NCBI RefSeq assembly: GCF_011386835.1
Contig: NC_088804.1
Coordinates: forward strand, 25,172,001 to 25,236,000
DNA: 64,000 bases
Source: Chrysemys picta bellii
Lineage: Eukaryota
Direction: 5' to 3'
Shown: one piece after another, positions 24,125-37,868 of the stretch
Layout: each line of letters opens with the position of its first letter
Position numbering within the stretch: position 1 is the stretch's first letter
The notes under the pieces: model-generated
Databases searched by the model: none
Told to the model about the DNA's origin: nothing
What the model saw: only the letters and a program-made list of their open reading frames with translations
Translations under genes and position numbers: made by a program

Positions 24125-24690
24125 GTCAAGATAAGTCTAGAAAGACAGTTTTCTTGACTCAAAAAATTAAAACAAAATTGTAAGTTAGGGTTTTTTTTGT
24201 TTGTTTCAGCCTTAGAAAGAGACACGATGGCTCTAATGTCTGCTATTGGAACACTGAAAAATAAGAAAGAAAAATCAGACTTAAAACAAATTTACTTTCA
24301 TTCAAATTCTCTGTATCATTCACAGCTGTTAATTGAACAGAATAACTTCCAGTTGAAGGATCCTGTCAGGGGCAGCTGCTGCCAAGCCCCAGGCTGTGTA
24401 CATTTCACAAGGTGGGAGTGAGGGGGAGGTTCAAATGTAGTAAAGCTTCACTGAACAGCACAGCAGCCTTTGAAGGGGCATGTGCAAGTAAGGCAACTTA
24501 CAGTGCCACACACAGGCCCTGATCCTGAAAACTCTTATTCAGGTTCAATTAATCCCCTTGCAATTAGTGACACTACTTATTTAAAATAAAAACTTGATCA
24601 TATGAATAAAGGAATAAAAATACATTGACCTAGAGTTACCACTGCATGTCAAACTTTCTTTACTGTACAGTATTTGAAATGTGTTTAGGT

Positions 24691-24813
24691 TAGGGTGACC
24701 AGACAGCAAATGTGAAAAATCGGGACGGGGCTGGGGGGTAATAGGAGCCTAGATAAGAAAAAGACCCAAAAATCGGGACTGTCCCTATAAAATCGGGACA
24801 TCTGGTCACCCTA
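24691..24813. mobile_element. hAT Blackjack-like (MER81-like) MITE
   Basis: TIR tagggtgaccaga / tctggtcacccta; perfect TSD gtttaggt. Confidence 0.88.
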
Positions 24814-25257
24814 GTTTAGGTGGCACTTCCCATTGTGTAAAGCTCAATTATTATTATTTGTATTACTCTAGCACCTGGTTGTGGACCAGGACCCCATTGT
24901 GCTGGCTGTACAAACACAGAACCAAAAGATAGACCCTGCCCCAAAGAGTTTACAATCTGAATATAAGACATGACACAAGGGGGGAGGGTAAGGAGGGGAG
25001 TAAAAGGAAAGGAGACAGTTTTGGTCAGTATGATAGCCAGTAGTCGCAGTACACTAGTAGTCTAACCTTTGTCATGTTTGAGGGTTTTGACGGAGGATAA
25101 TGAGGTAAGCTTTACAGATATTTACAGGGAGCGCCTTCAAGTATGAAAGGCAGAATGCGAGAAAGCACAAAGGTATTTGTAAATGTATCAAGTGGGCAAT
25201 GGAGGTTGATGTCATGGGTGACTGAAGGCAGGAGTTGACATCTTGCTTGTGAAAGAT

Positions 25258-25334
25258 TAGGGTGACCAGATGTCCTGATTTTATAGGGACAGTCCCGATA
25301 TTTGGGGCTTTGTCCTATATAGGTGCCTATTACC
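25258..25334. mobile_element. truncated copy of the tagggtgacca MITE
   Basis: one TIR plus internal sequence shared with 24691 and 57335. Confidence 0.7.
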
Positions 25335-25649
25335 TCTCTCTTTTCAGAGAGCTTACAGTCAAAATATAAGACAAGAGACAACAGGTGGATACAGACAGTG
25401 GAGTAAAAGGACATAATGAGACAATATTGGTCAGCATGTCAGGTGGTGGTCTCAGGACACCAATATTGATGATTGATTTGTGGAACAGGTGAAAGGTCTT
25501 TTTTTTTTTTTCATGGATAAAGGTAATAATCATTCTAATTCTCAGATCAGATGCTACAACTGAGACCAAGTTCACTGATTTCAGATCTTTTATATGTTGC
25601 ATTTTATCTTTTCAAAATCATTAATCAAGCTCCTTTGGATTTATTTAAG

Positions 25650-25738
25650 GATGTTGAAAAAGGTGTTCCTGTTCAAGTCTTTGAAGAAAAACACACAGCT
25701 CCCATTTCTGAGTGCAGCTTGACTCCTGATAACAAAAG
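25650..25738 (+). CDS. WDR88: WDR88 exon 3 (DVEKGVPVQVFEEKHTAPISECSLTPDNKR)
   Basis: splice sites; phase 0-2. Confidence 0.9.
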
Positions 25739-26414
25739 GTGACCTTTCATTTGTAGTTCATATGTAAGTATAAATAGAGAGGAGAAAGTGGTGCTATTTG
25801 ACTGCTAGGTGTTACATTTTTACAGCAAATGAAGAAAACCAGGACAAAACTCAGAACAAATAAACTGAGTATTGCTCTGATGCTTCCATATAGATAGATT
25901 TGTTAGAGAGGAAATTGAATTAATTTTTTCTAAATATACAGAAATAGTTGTGTTGAAGTACAGAAGTTAAACAAGTACAGATAGAAAAACTGTTATGCCA
26001 GTTAGCTTATCTTCAACCATTTAATATTACTTTTATAATGCAGTAAAATGAATGATTGTTTTGGTGTAAACAGATGTGTTTGAAATTAGACACTAAATTA
26101 TTGGAACAGTATTCTGTTATATTTAGAGCAATAGCATTTACAGAAGTGACTATGATGATTACACTACATACTTAAAGTTCCAGTCCACTCATTCTAAGCT
26201 CAGTATTGGTTTCCTCTCTCAAATCCACAAAAAAGGCATTACCTCAAAACTGGTATGTTATTTCTGAGGCCAAAGTAGAATTTTTCTTCCAAATTTGATG
26301 TGAATTGGACAAAAGGCTCCTAAATTATGAGACCCTACAGAAGTTCACTAGCAGCCAAACTGTGTTTGCCACATTGTAGCAAACTCCTCTGACAGAATGA
26401 AGGACAGAAACTTA

Positions 26415-26984
26415 GGCCAGGTCTATGCTATAGACCAGGGGTCGGCAATGTTTGGCATGCGGTAAGCACCCTGACAGGCCGGGCCAGTTTATTTACCTGC
26501 TGACACGGCAGGTTTGGCTGATTGCGGCCCCCACTGGCCACGGTTCGCCGTCCCGGGCCAATGGGGGCGGCAAGAAGCAGCGCGGGCGAGGGATGTGCTG
26601 GCCACGGCTTCCTGCCGCCCCCATTGGCCCGGGATGGCGAACCGCAGCCAGTGGGGGCCGCGATCAGCTGAACCTGCCGCATCAGCAGGTAAATAAATTG
26701 GCCCAGTCCGCCAGGGTGCTTACCCTGGCGAGCAGCATGCCAAACGTTGCCGACCCCTGCTATAGACCTATATTGGTATAACTATGTCACTAAAAGGTTT
26801 GAGAAATCCATACCCTTGAGCGATGTAGTTATGCCGACCTAACCCCCAGTGTAGATAGTGCCATGTCAATGGGAGAAACTCTCCCATTGACATTGCTACC
26901 GCCTCTTGGGTACAGCTTCTCCTTACAGTCTTCACTTAAGTGCTACAGTGGTGCCAATGCAGCATTTTAAGTTTAGACTTGCCC
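26415..26984. mobile_element. PIF/Harbinger-type MITE hosting a hAT MITE
   Basis: termini ggccaggtcta / tagacttgccc; degraded 3-bp TSD tta/ata. Confidence 0.6.
26436..26759. mobile_element. hAT MITE (caggggtcggcaa family)
   Basis: TIR; 8-bp TSD ctatagac; siblings at 32983 and 58565. Confidence 0.88.
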
Positions 26985-28930
26985 ATAATTTAGTTTACTG
27001 ATTTAGCTAAGACCTTGTGTCAGATTGCTGGTTCAAGAATGATTTCAAAAGATATTAACTTGACTGGGAATGTTGCTAGAGATCATTGATTCTAGCAATC
27101 TTACAGCATGTCAGATAACTGCCAGAGACCTATGCTTTCATTAAAAAAAAAAAAAAAAAAGTCTCTCTTTCTTGCAGACACAGGCCTCATAGTGTAATTT
27201 CTTTCTTAATACATAAGCATGGTTTTATACACATTATCTTCAGCAGTATTCACCATTAGATTGTTTTTATTGTGAGACATTCCCCATGCTCTTTACTCTC
27301 CCAGAATAAGAATCATGAGATGATGGTGTCTTTAGAGAATGGAACATTATTTACTTTGTAATTCTGCTTTCCTGAAGAAGGATTCTTCACCCATCCACAC
27401 GGGGCAGAGAAGGTTATTGTATTTACTATGTAGTGCAAGATTTTGTGGAGCTCTTGCCTCCCAGTCTTGAAAGTAACTATCTGAAATGCTTTGGGGCCTG
27501 TGAAGTGGGAGCAGGTTCACTTGGGGGGAATCCCAGAGCCAGCCTACAGTCATAAATGTTAAGACCTTGGAGAATTTCCTGAATGACTTGTGCTGGTGGC
27601 ACAAGATATGTAAATATATGCCATTGTATAAATGAATAATAATTTGTGAACTAGCCTAGGATCATGGGTTTCTTCTGACATCGGAATTTATATATTCAAA
27701 AAACTTCTGTATTGTTTATCAGCATTCTATATCTCTGCAGTCAGCTGTTATAATTTTGTCAGGAGATGCATCTTATCTAATGTCCTGCCATGGACATTAA
27801 TCACTACAAGAGCTGTGGAATACACAAACAGTTGACTGTGTAGGTCAAGCAATGTCACTAAGGGTATTATTCCTGGTATTGCTATCAGTGGAGCATAGTC
27901 TAGATCAATTCCAATCAAGTTGGAAGATTGACAAAAAAAACTTTGGTCACCACACTTTAATTATGCTAATGGTGCCTTTTGCTGTTGCCTGAGTTTTTGA
28001 AGATTGCTAAACAGACAAGCAGAGTTTCATAGTTTGTTGACCTTTATATTTGTTTCCAGTCAAAAATAGCATCGATACATAAACTAGATATGGCCTTTAT
28101 GTGTTAGATGATGTCTATTGAAGAGCAGAAAATACACTGTCAATTGTCAGAAGATCAATGTATGAAATTCCTTGCCATCTAGGTTCCTTTTATTCTTTTA
28201 ATATATTTAAAATCCATTTTCATGTTGAACTTGTATAAAATGATATTCAGTGACACTGTAATAAATTGGTCAAAAACTGAACAAGTGAAAAGCCATTTTG
28301 GTAATAAAGTATAATTATCATGTTCTTTAACATTCAGAATAAATGTATTTCAAATATATGGGAATGTTTTAAGAAAACCTGTCAGTTTCTAGTAAACTTT
28401 ATTAAATGGCTTTGTTGTGTAATGTAGCTTTGTATTTGTGCATAAGAAAGGTCAGTGGTGTTACGCAGCAATATCAACTCCTGAAAATGCAAATAACTAG
28501 CAACGAAGATACTTCACATTCATAACAGCAAACCCACCATAATTGCTTTACATGCATTCTAAAGTTAGTGATAATTAAATAACTTGTAATAGGATGAAAT
28601 GAAAATGAATAGGCTGTCTGCCCTCCAAATTACATAGAAGGCATTCTTTTGTTAATTTCTAGTGCGAAAAATTCCAACTTCTATTTCAAAATTTCCAACT
28701 AACTCCTTTTTTTGGCAATAGTTTTTGCAAAAATATAAAAACAAAATATATTTATTTTAAATTACTGGAAAGTAGGGAGAACAAATAATTTAACAGAAAA
28801 CTGAAGGTGTGCGTTTGCTTTTCCCCCACAAAGACAACTTTTTATTGTTTCTATACTAACAGCATTTTAAGTCTGAGTTCTTTTAATGGAAATGTTGATT
28901 GTTGTTTTTGTTAATATGCTTAATTTTTAG

Positions 28931-28994
28931 AGTGATAACATCATCCTATGATAAAACAGTAAAGGCTTGGGATATGGAAACAGGAAAAATGCTT
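28931..28994 (+). CDS. WDR88: WDR88 exon 4 (VITSSYDKTVKAWDMETGKML)
   Basis: splice sites; WD motif. Confidence 0.92.
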
Positions 28995-29109
28995 GTATGT
29001 ATTGATTTTTTCAATGAGTTTAGCTTTTAGCAGAAATTGGTAACATTATCAAATTCATAAAGATTTTTAAGTTGGAGGTACAGTAAAAAAATGCAATCCT
29101 CACGTTGGG

Positions 29110-29280
29110 CAGTAATGTGGTCTAGTTGGAGTCTGTAGGCTCAGCTGTGAGAGCGATTAACTGTGTGACCTAGGGCAAATCGATTTCTTGATATGCCTCA
29201 GTTACCTCATCTGTAAAATAATATAGGAATGATTACCTACCCCAGAAGGCTACCTTGAGGTTTAATTCATTTAATATTTC
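29110..29280 (+). mobile_element. degraded MIR/CORE-like SINE
   Basis: tgtgtgacctagggcaa...gcctcagttacctcatctgtaaaat core motif. Confidence 0.6.
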
Positions 29281-29530
29281 TGGCCAATTTTATGATCTCA
29301 GCTGGCCGGTGCTATCTAATTTTAAATTTCCTGCTAATGCAAAATATGAAGTGGGTTTAAAAAAATTGAAATACTGTAAACACACATTTATCAGAGTTCA
29401 TTAAAATATCAAACAGTAGCAAAATCTATTCCTTCTGAGCCTGTTTACTGATTATAGAAGAGCTGATAAGAAACTGTGATAACTAATCCCAAAAAGCATG
29501 ACTTCCAAAACGGTTTATTTTCTTCTTCAG

Positions 29531-29669
29531 TGGACTGTAGACCAAGAAGGCCTTGTAACTTCATGTAATATTTCATGTGATGGTAAATATGTGGTATCTG
29601 GCTTGGACGTGGAAAATGCTATATGTGTTACTGATGCAGTAAATGCCACAATGGTGGCATATGTCCAAG
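29531..29669 (+). CDS. WDR88: WDR88 exon 5 (WTVDQEGLVTSC...VAYVQ)
   Basis: splice sites; phase 0-1. Confidence 0.92.
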
Positions 29670-32175
29670 GTAAGACTTTAAAACTTCACATTGTTTAGTT
29701 CCGTTCTTGAGTCTTGCATCTGATGAGATAATTTTTGATTGCATAAAGAAAGTCAAAAACTAGATTTATATTAAATTCAAGATCTATTGGATTCAAACAA
29801 TGTTTTGTGAGGTTGGGAAACAAACCAATGTGTGAGGAGGGGAAGCAGTATTTAAGAAAACATATCACAGACATGCCCTCCACATGGCAGTGAATATGGA
29901 ACATCAGGATTTTATTTCTATAGGATGTTTTTGTCCAGTTACACTTTGTTCAGTTTTGTCAATGTGTATTCAAATGAGTGTGTGCAAGAATCTTAACCAT
30001 AGGTGTTGGTTAGCATTCTGCATCTCACCCTTCCTTTTCTCCCATCTTTTTCCTCTCCTTCTGAAGTGTTTGTTTTCTGCAATAGACTCCTCAGAGGATT
30101 TTTAATTCTAGATTTTTTCAGGATTAGTAGATTGGTGTTGTCTAATGTGAGTGCTGCATTTGAGGTGCACTGATGATGGAATTTATCCCAGTTCACTAGG
30201 ACTGGTTAAGCTTCCTGCATTACATAAGGCCCATGTAATCCCCTGGGTCTACACAAGCCTCATGAGCTCTTTAAGTGGTGTAGAGGGGCTTGGATGGGCT
30301 CTGTGCATTCTGTGTATCCCAAGTCCGTTGACATGAGTTAATATTTCCTTCTGTTTTCTTCCCAAAACCTCTCTGATAGCTACTATGCTATCATAAAAGC
30401 ATCAGGAACTGGAGGAAGATGGGATAAGAGATAGATCAATGATAACATGGTGCATGAGTCCACTTGTGGACTCATAGATAAACATGTAAGACTGAATTAC
30501 AGTGGTTGCTTTGCAGTAACCAAGAAGGCTTGTGTGTTTTCTCTCCGTATGTCCATAAACGTAAGCTAAAATAATATAGGAATGATTACCTACCCCAGAA
30601 GGCTACCTTGAGGTTTAATTAATTTAATTAACGTAAGCTAAACTAACTACAGTTATTTGTTACAAATATCACTTTAGATTGTTATGGTTTTTAACAATCT
30701 AATTTACTTTTCACAATTTATTCAATTTTTCTTTTTTAAAATTTCATCTCTTTGCCCTGTAAAAAATTGACTATTTAATATCACTTTGGTTTATAGTCAG
30801 TTTCTGGGTTTCATAAATTGGCACAACAACACATATTTGGGATACAAACACTGCAAGGGCATGTTTATTTAATTTAAAAGAATATTTCTGTGACTTTGTT
30901 TTTGTTTTTAAAAAGTTTATGGAAAAACTTCTATTTGTCTTAGACTTTGTAAGAACTTGTTTTTATAAAAACTATGTTGTAGACTAAAATTAGCCTGACA
31001 GTGGTTTTGATTTTTAAGCACAATTCCCCTTTGAAAGCAATTTCAGTGCTGAGATCGCAGTCCAGAAAAGCACATCAGCACATGTTTAAGGACTTGATTC
31101 TTGGATATGCGGAGCACCTTCAACTCCCATTGAAGCCTTTGAGAGTTGAAGATGCTCACTCAACATGTTTCAGAATCAAGCCCTAAATACATGAGCAATC
31201 TCATAAATACATGTTTATATTTTAATTTAAGTGCTTTGCTGAAATTGCTTGTTCTTAAAAGTCAGAAGTACACTACAGCTGAATGTAGTTTCAAGATGGA
31301 CAACAGCTCCATTATTCTTTAAAGGGACACTATCAGGCCAGAGTTGGTTTACATTGACTTTCATTGAGCTAATTACATGCTTAAAATTTAATCATGTATT
31401 TTGCTAGATTAGGGCCTGAAGGCTTAAAAATCAATGGAATGGTGAGCTAGTGGCTTATTTTTAGATTCATTAGCAAAAAAAGAAAAATCTACAAAGCTAC
31501 TACTCCTTTGAATTTTAAATTTTAATTTAAAGCACAGTATAAGGATATGTTTTAATAAAGTTATTGATCAAAAAACAACATAGCTGAGATTTATTCATAA
31601 CTGAGGAAAACTTAACGTATCCCATAACTTTTCCAATGCACTGTGTTGCTTTTGCTGGAGTTTATTGTATCCTTTCAACTGAACTGTGTGTTGGGGACTT
31701 TCGTGTTTGTTATAAAAAAAGAACCTTCTATGAGCTTGTTTTGTATACAGACTGGATGATACCGTGGCTAAAAAAAAATTCCACATATGATATACTGGAT
31801 TTTGAGTTGTACCATGAACTTCAAATGTCCTTTAACTTTTTCCAATTTATTACTTTTCATGCAAATTCTAATCCCATTGTTGAGACTATTGTAAATTAAT
31901 GTTTAGATTAATATGACTTTAATCTGTTGATTGAATATGATTTCAACATCTATAGATGTTTATTTGTTGATAGGAAGTATTTACAAAGATAATTGTTTTA
32001 CTGTGTGTCATGAAGTTTTACTTGTGCATGTTTACATGTTCTCATTGCAGAATAGCTGACAACTAATATAACAGACAATGAGGAGTCAATATTTTCATAA
32101 TAGAATTTCACTTTGGTAATATGTTGATAGTAAATATAAGATTTATATTTGTTAGTCTACAGTTTCATAGGACTG

Positions 32176-32970
32176 TGTCAGGGTTCCCTCCCCACTCTGA
32201 ACTCTGGGTTACAGATGTGGGGACCCGCATGAAAGACCCCCTAAGCTTATTTCTACCAGTTTAGGTTTAAAAACTTCCCCAAGGCACAAATTCTTCCTTG
32301 TCCTTGGACAGTATTGCTGCCACCACCAAGTGAGTTAGACAAAGATTCAGGAAAAGGACCACCTGGAGTTCCTATTTCCCCAAAATATCCCCCCAAACCC
32401 CTTCACCCCCTTTCCTGGGGAGGCTTGAGAATAATATACCAACCGATAGGTTAACAAAGTGAGCACAGACCAAATTCCTGGTTTTTAGGACACTAAAAAT
32501 CAATCAGGTTCTTAAAAGAAGAACTTTATTATAAAGAAAAAAGTAAAAGAATCACACCTGCAAAATCAGGATGGAAGGTAACTTTACAGGGTAATAAAAG
32601 ATTTAAAACATGGAGGACTCCCTTCTGGACTTAATGTTACAGTTACAAAAAACAGGAATAAAACTCCCTCTTAGCATAGGGAAAATTCACAAGCTAAAAC
32701 AAAAAATAATCTAACGCATTTCCTTGCTTTACTTACAATTATTGTAATCTTAGATGCTTATTTCAGGTAGGGTTTTAGGAGAGGTTTTTTTCCTGCCTGG
32801 TCCCTCTCTCTGTCCCGAGAGCACAAACAAAACCTCCCCCCACAGATTTGAAAGGATCTTCTTCCCTTATTGGTCCTTTTGGTCCGGTGCCAACCAGGTT
32901 ATTTGAGTTTTTTAACCCCTTACAGGTAAAGGAGGGATTTTATGCTACCCTTAGCTGTATGTTTATCACA
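32176..32970. mobile_element. solo LTR (Gypsy-like)
   Basis: TGTCAGGG...ATCACA termini; TSD gactg/gtctg. Confidence 0.8.
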
Positions 32971-32982
32971 GTCTGCTTAATG

Positions 32983-33241
32983 CAGGGGTCGGCAACGTTT
33001 GGCATGCAGCTCGCCAGGGTAAGCATCCTAGCAGGCTGGGCCAGTTTATTTACCTGCTGACGTGGCAGGTTTGGCCGATCGCGGCCCCCACTGGCCGCGG
33101 TTCGCTGTCCTGGCCCAATGGGGGCGGCGGGAAGCGGCGTGGGCGAGCGATGTGCTGGCCGCATCAGCAGGTAAATAAACTGGCCCGGCCCACCAGGGTG
33201 CTTACCCTGGCGAGCCACATGCCAAACGTTGCCGACCCCTG
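32983..33241. mobile_element. hAT MITE (caggggtcggcaa family)
   Basis: TIR; perfect TSD gcttaatg. Confidence 0.88.
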
Positions 33242-34481
33242 GCTTAATGAGTCGTTCTATTGTATGATATTTCAGATATCATCAGATCCCTCCAGATCCG
33301 TGAGGAATGCATGTTGTCAAATTAAATCAGATAATGTCTGCAAGATTATTGCTTACCTTTTTACTTCAAAATTTCCTTTTGTCTTAGATATAGGCTCTTA
33401 ATCCTTCTCTCATGTAGTGACAGCACCACAACACCCTTTTCCCTGCTTGGAGAATAGGATAGCTGCTGCCTACACTATTCCTCATATTAGCCAAAAATCC
33501 GTGCTTAAGAAGCAAAGTGCTGTGCCCTCCTCTAAAGAACTAGAATATCAACTTCATGACCTGCCAGGGGTTGCAAGTTTGGATTGCCTGCATATAATCC
33601 AATTTACTTCTTTCACAGGCAGTTAGCGAGAATGGTTTAGCAGAGTGAATTATCTCAATTCATCAGTGACTATTTTGACATGACATTCTTTCTAGGATAT
33701 TTAAAAGAATTGTTATAAATTACCAATTAAAATCAGTTTGGAGTACGTCATGGAATAATGTATTTTTTAAATATGATGTTTGTGCAGGATTCTCACTCTT
33801 GGACTCCAGCTCCCTAGTGTAAAATAGGAGGAACTATCTCCCCAAGCTCTTATGGTTTTTAAGACTGTTAGTGGTAACAGGTAGGGAAACCAAGCCACCA
33901 CCTCCACTGTTGTTTCATGCCCAAGGTTTAATTGCTTGTTCACATTATTGTTATTGGACTTGTTCTTTTGGGGGTATTCCTAGAACTGCTTACGCTCCAT
34001 GAATTAGAATCTTGGCTGGAAGAGATCATTAGAGAAGGGGGAATACTGACCTGCTTCTCTGAAGGTATCATTTTATATGATATTCTTATTTACTCAACCT
34101 ACTTACCTCCTCTCAGAAGGAAATTTTTTCTTACTTTGATATTTTATTGTCCTACCTTTTGCCAGATTACATTTTCAAACATTTTGTTTTGTTATTGGCT
34201 AATTTTTGTTTGTTTTTTTCCCTTCATTTCCTACTTAATCAGGACTGGATGGTTTGAAGGGCAGTAAGTTAGTTCAGGTGTTTTGTATGACACCAGTTGG
34301 GGAAGAAAGGGGGATTGTGCTCCTACTCACTGCCCTCGGTGGGGGAAAAAAAAGTCAGAGTTTAGGGAGTTCTGCCTTTCTTGAACTAGAGAGCTGAGAT
34401 TCAGATGTGAGAATCCTGAAAATAGCAAAAGGAAGCAGAATTACAAGTTAGGTAATATTCTTGTTTTGGTTTTTATTATAG

Positions 34482-34611
34482 GTCACCACAGAAGCACAAT
34501 CACAAGATGTTGTTTTGACCCTGATAATGAGAGAGTCTCTTCAGTATCATCTGATAAGACAATAAAGCTTTGGGACATTATAGCACAATCCACCACTATC
34601 ACAATTGATGA
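34482..34611 (+). CDS. WDR88: WDR88 exon 6 (GHHRSTITRCCFDPD...KLWDII...)
   Basis: splice sites; WD motif. Confidence 0.92.
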
Positions 34612-34775
34612 GTAAGAAAACATAGTATATCTATATTAGGCAAGATTTATATGTACTTTTTAAAAAAGTATCCGTGAAATTTGTGTTACAACTTATACTG
34701 GGAAAATGAACAGTAAGTATGTAACCGAATAGCATAATACATGGAAAGGCTGAATAACATACCATTAAATACATG

Positions 34776-35987
34776 TGTAAGCGGAGAATGGTCCCGCTTA
34801 TGGGGAACTGTCCTGGCTTATACACTACCCCAGTGAAATGGGCTAGCGAAAGGATCTGAGTCCTTGCTCCCACTTCCTTTACCCAGAGGCCTGCCTGACC
34901 TCAAGGGCTCCCCTTCCACTCTCCTGTGTGGCAGAGTCCTCGTAACCCCAACAAGGCTGGGCCCAGAATTCCTGCGGAGCTCAACCCCCAACCTTGTTGT
35001 GGTCACTTAGGGCAGGGGCTAGGGTGTCCCCACTCCGGGATGCTCTCTCTGCGCTGGATGCTTCCCTGACCCACTGATCATTACATACAGTTCAAAGCAA
35101 ATACAATTTACTAAACAGCAATCAATTTTAAAAAATAAGGAAAAAATGGGAAAGGCTCAAGGAAAACACATAACCCTGCTGTGTGGCACGGGGACATCAC
35201 AACCAGCGACTCTTTGGAATGTAAGGGAAATTCAGTCTGTTCCTCACAAGTCCCAGGCGCCTTCTGAGGCCCTGGTTGTGCTGCAGGGTTGCTGCAGGTC
35301 AGACACTTGCTTTGGCAGTGGCCACGCGCTCAGGCTCTAGGTGGCAGGACCCTTCTTCCCAGCGTCGCCCCCACCCTGTTGGAGTTACGATCCCCTTTCA
35401 AGTCTGACCTGCAAGGCCTCTTGGCTGGGGGTGTCTCCCTGCACTGGACCTGCTGCCCAGGGTTCCCCTTGCTCTTGCCAGCCGCTCACCGCACCCAGCT
35501 CCGGACTGCTCCAGTCTCAGCTCCACTCTGCCTCAGCACTGCTGCTGCTGCTCTGCCTCCAGCTCTCTGGGCTGCTTCTCTGGCCCCTCTGGCTCTGGTT
35601 GCTGCAGCTCTCCTCCCAGCACTGGCCTGCTTCCTGGGCTGCTTTTCTGGCCCTTCTGGATCTGGCACAGCTGTGCTCCCCAGCTCAGCTTAGGCTCCTG
35701 CTTTCTCCTTAGCTCATCCCCACGCTGTCTGACCCAGGCAATTCCAGTTCACCGGGAGGACGGATTTCCCCCCCCCCACCCCCCCCGGCCTCCTGACTCC
35801 CTGATTAGCCTGCCCGCCCTGTCAATCAAACCGACCTGGAGCATTGGCCTCTCCCCATTATTCCTGGGGACTGTCAGTCTCAGGGTCCTGATTTCCCATT
35901 GACCCTTCCCCTTTCTTTTGGTACTGGGAGCTAGCCAACCAAAACACCCCCTCTGAGTTTTAGTAAGGGGACAACAGTTCCCTTACA
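34776..35987. mobile_element. solo LTR (Gypsy-like, about 1.2 kb)
   Basis: TGTAAG...CTTACA inverted termini; 4-bp TSD catg. Confidence 0.82.
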
Positions 35988-37200
35988 CATGGAAAGGTTA
36001 AATAATATGCTATATACAAGCTTCTTGATGTGAATGATAGATGAGGTGCATCTGTCCATCTGTAAGCATTAACTAAAGCTAACCATCATAGTTTCTAGGT
36101 ACTGAGACATAGAATTTGATAGTGGAGAAAGCAAACAATAGCATGGAGAATGTGCTGTTGAACTGGAAGCTAGTTGCTGATGTCTCTCAGGACTAGCAAC
36201 ACTGGATAATAAATAACATTAACAAATGTGAAGAAGATGAAACACCATTTAGCATGATACAGGTCTCTAAAAGGACTGCAAAATGGAACATATACATGGT
36301 ACAGGATATATTTTTGGAGAAGGATAGGTCTTGATCTGAGTGTGGAATCAGAGTGAAATTATCCGGAGAGAAAACTCACAGTGGGTAATTCACTATCTAG
36401 AGTTGATGGCTTATGAATCTGAAACTCAGGTGGTACCAAAAGGTCAAATCTTTAGAGGTTCAAACTGTCCCTTCATCATTGTGAGGTAAATAGATTAACT
36501 TCTGTGCACTGACTGGAGACATTTCAGATGAGAACATAACACCTGAAATCCATTCTGATCATAGTGACTGTAAAGTTCCTATAGCACTATTCTTAATATT
36601 AGGGATTTCCCTGATATCCTTTCTGTTATTGAGTGTGTTGCTGCATTTTATTGGTGTATGTGCCTGTATCCTGATCCTGAGAGAAGCCCCCACAACTCCC
36701 ACTGAAGTCAATAATACATGAAAATCCTTATATAAAGATAGAATGATATTGTCTGTGTAAGAAGGGAGTATGCAACAAATGAAGATATCAGATGAGCTAC
36801 TGAAAAACATTAACAAATTCAGTGGTTCTGGTTTTAAATCATAAAAGCATTAATCCTAAATTGTCTGTATAAAAAAGTACTATTAAAGTTGCCCTTAAAA
36901 GGATTAGGAATTTACTTAGAATGGGAGACTCAGAGCTGGAACATTTTACTAATCCTTCTTTTAAATTGCAATGGATATAGCATTGTTTCCTGCAGAGATG
37001 CTTGTAATCCCTTCCCCATTGTGGACTGCAGGAATTGCTAAAGTCCTGTCAGGTTCTGGAACTTTGAGACTTCTTTCTTGAAGTGCACCCCCTGTTCTCA
37101 AAATTGGAGTTCACTGTAGAATTCAAATCACTATATAGTTTCATTTTTTATATATATATATAATGAAACTAGAGAGCGAGAGAGAGACTCTTTATTTGAA

Positions 37201-37292
37201 AAAAGCAACAGAGGGTCCTGTGGCACCTTTAAGACTAACAGAAGTATTGGGAGCATAAGCTTTTATGGGTAAGAACCTCACTTCTTCAGATG
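37201..37292. mobile_element. Penelope-like-derived fragment with a degenerate hammerhead-like core on the minus strand
   Basis: same arm sequence as 11430; 10-bp TSD tttatttgaa. Confidence 0.8.
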
Positions 37293-37683
37293 TTTATTTG
37301 AAGGGATCCGTAGCTCACCCTTCAATGTTGGGGTTTAATTAAACTGGTGTGTAGTGTAGTAATCAGAGGATTTTTTGTTACCTGTGGGTGACAAGAAGCA
37401 GGTGATAAGTTCTACTTAAAACTCAGTTAGTACTCAATCCTGTGAGATGTTAAACACTATGTCGCATCTAGGAAAGCACTTAATCACATGCTTAAGCTTT
37501 GGCAAATGAGCAGTTCAAGTAACTTTTACAGAACTACTCAGATGATAAAAGCTAAGAATGTGCTTAAGTGCTTCACTAGATGGGGCCAGAGTGCTCAGAC
37601 CTTGCAAGATCAAGCCCTTACAGCATTCTAATGGCTTTAAAAATCACAGTATCCTGGTGCAGTCATTTTCATTTGTATTTCAG

Positions 37684-37868
37684 GGCACACACCAATGTCA
37701 TCTCAGACTGCTGCTTTTCCATAGATGGTCATTACTTGTGCACTGCATCTTGGGACAAAACCTTAAAAATATGGGATATAAAAACAGGGGAGTTTCGTTA
37801 TCATGGACCTATTTGCTTGAATCAAGGTCATGAAGGTTCTGTTAGTTCCTGTGTTTTTAGCAAAGATG
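37684..37868 (+). CDS. WDR88: WDR88 exon 7 (AHTNVISDCCFS...GHEGSVSSCVFSKD)
   Basis: splice sites; WD motifs. Confidence 0.93.

Noticed and set aside
25551-25649. N-terminal part of ORF 25551-25742 as a WDR88 start
   Set aside because: Intronic read-through; the true exon starts at 25650 after tttaag and joins exon 2 in phase.
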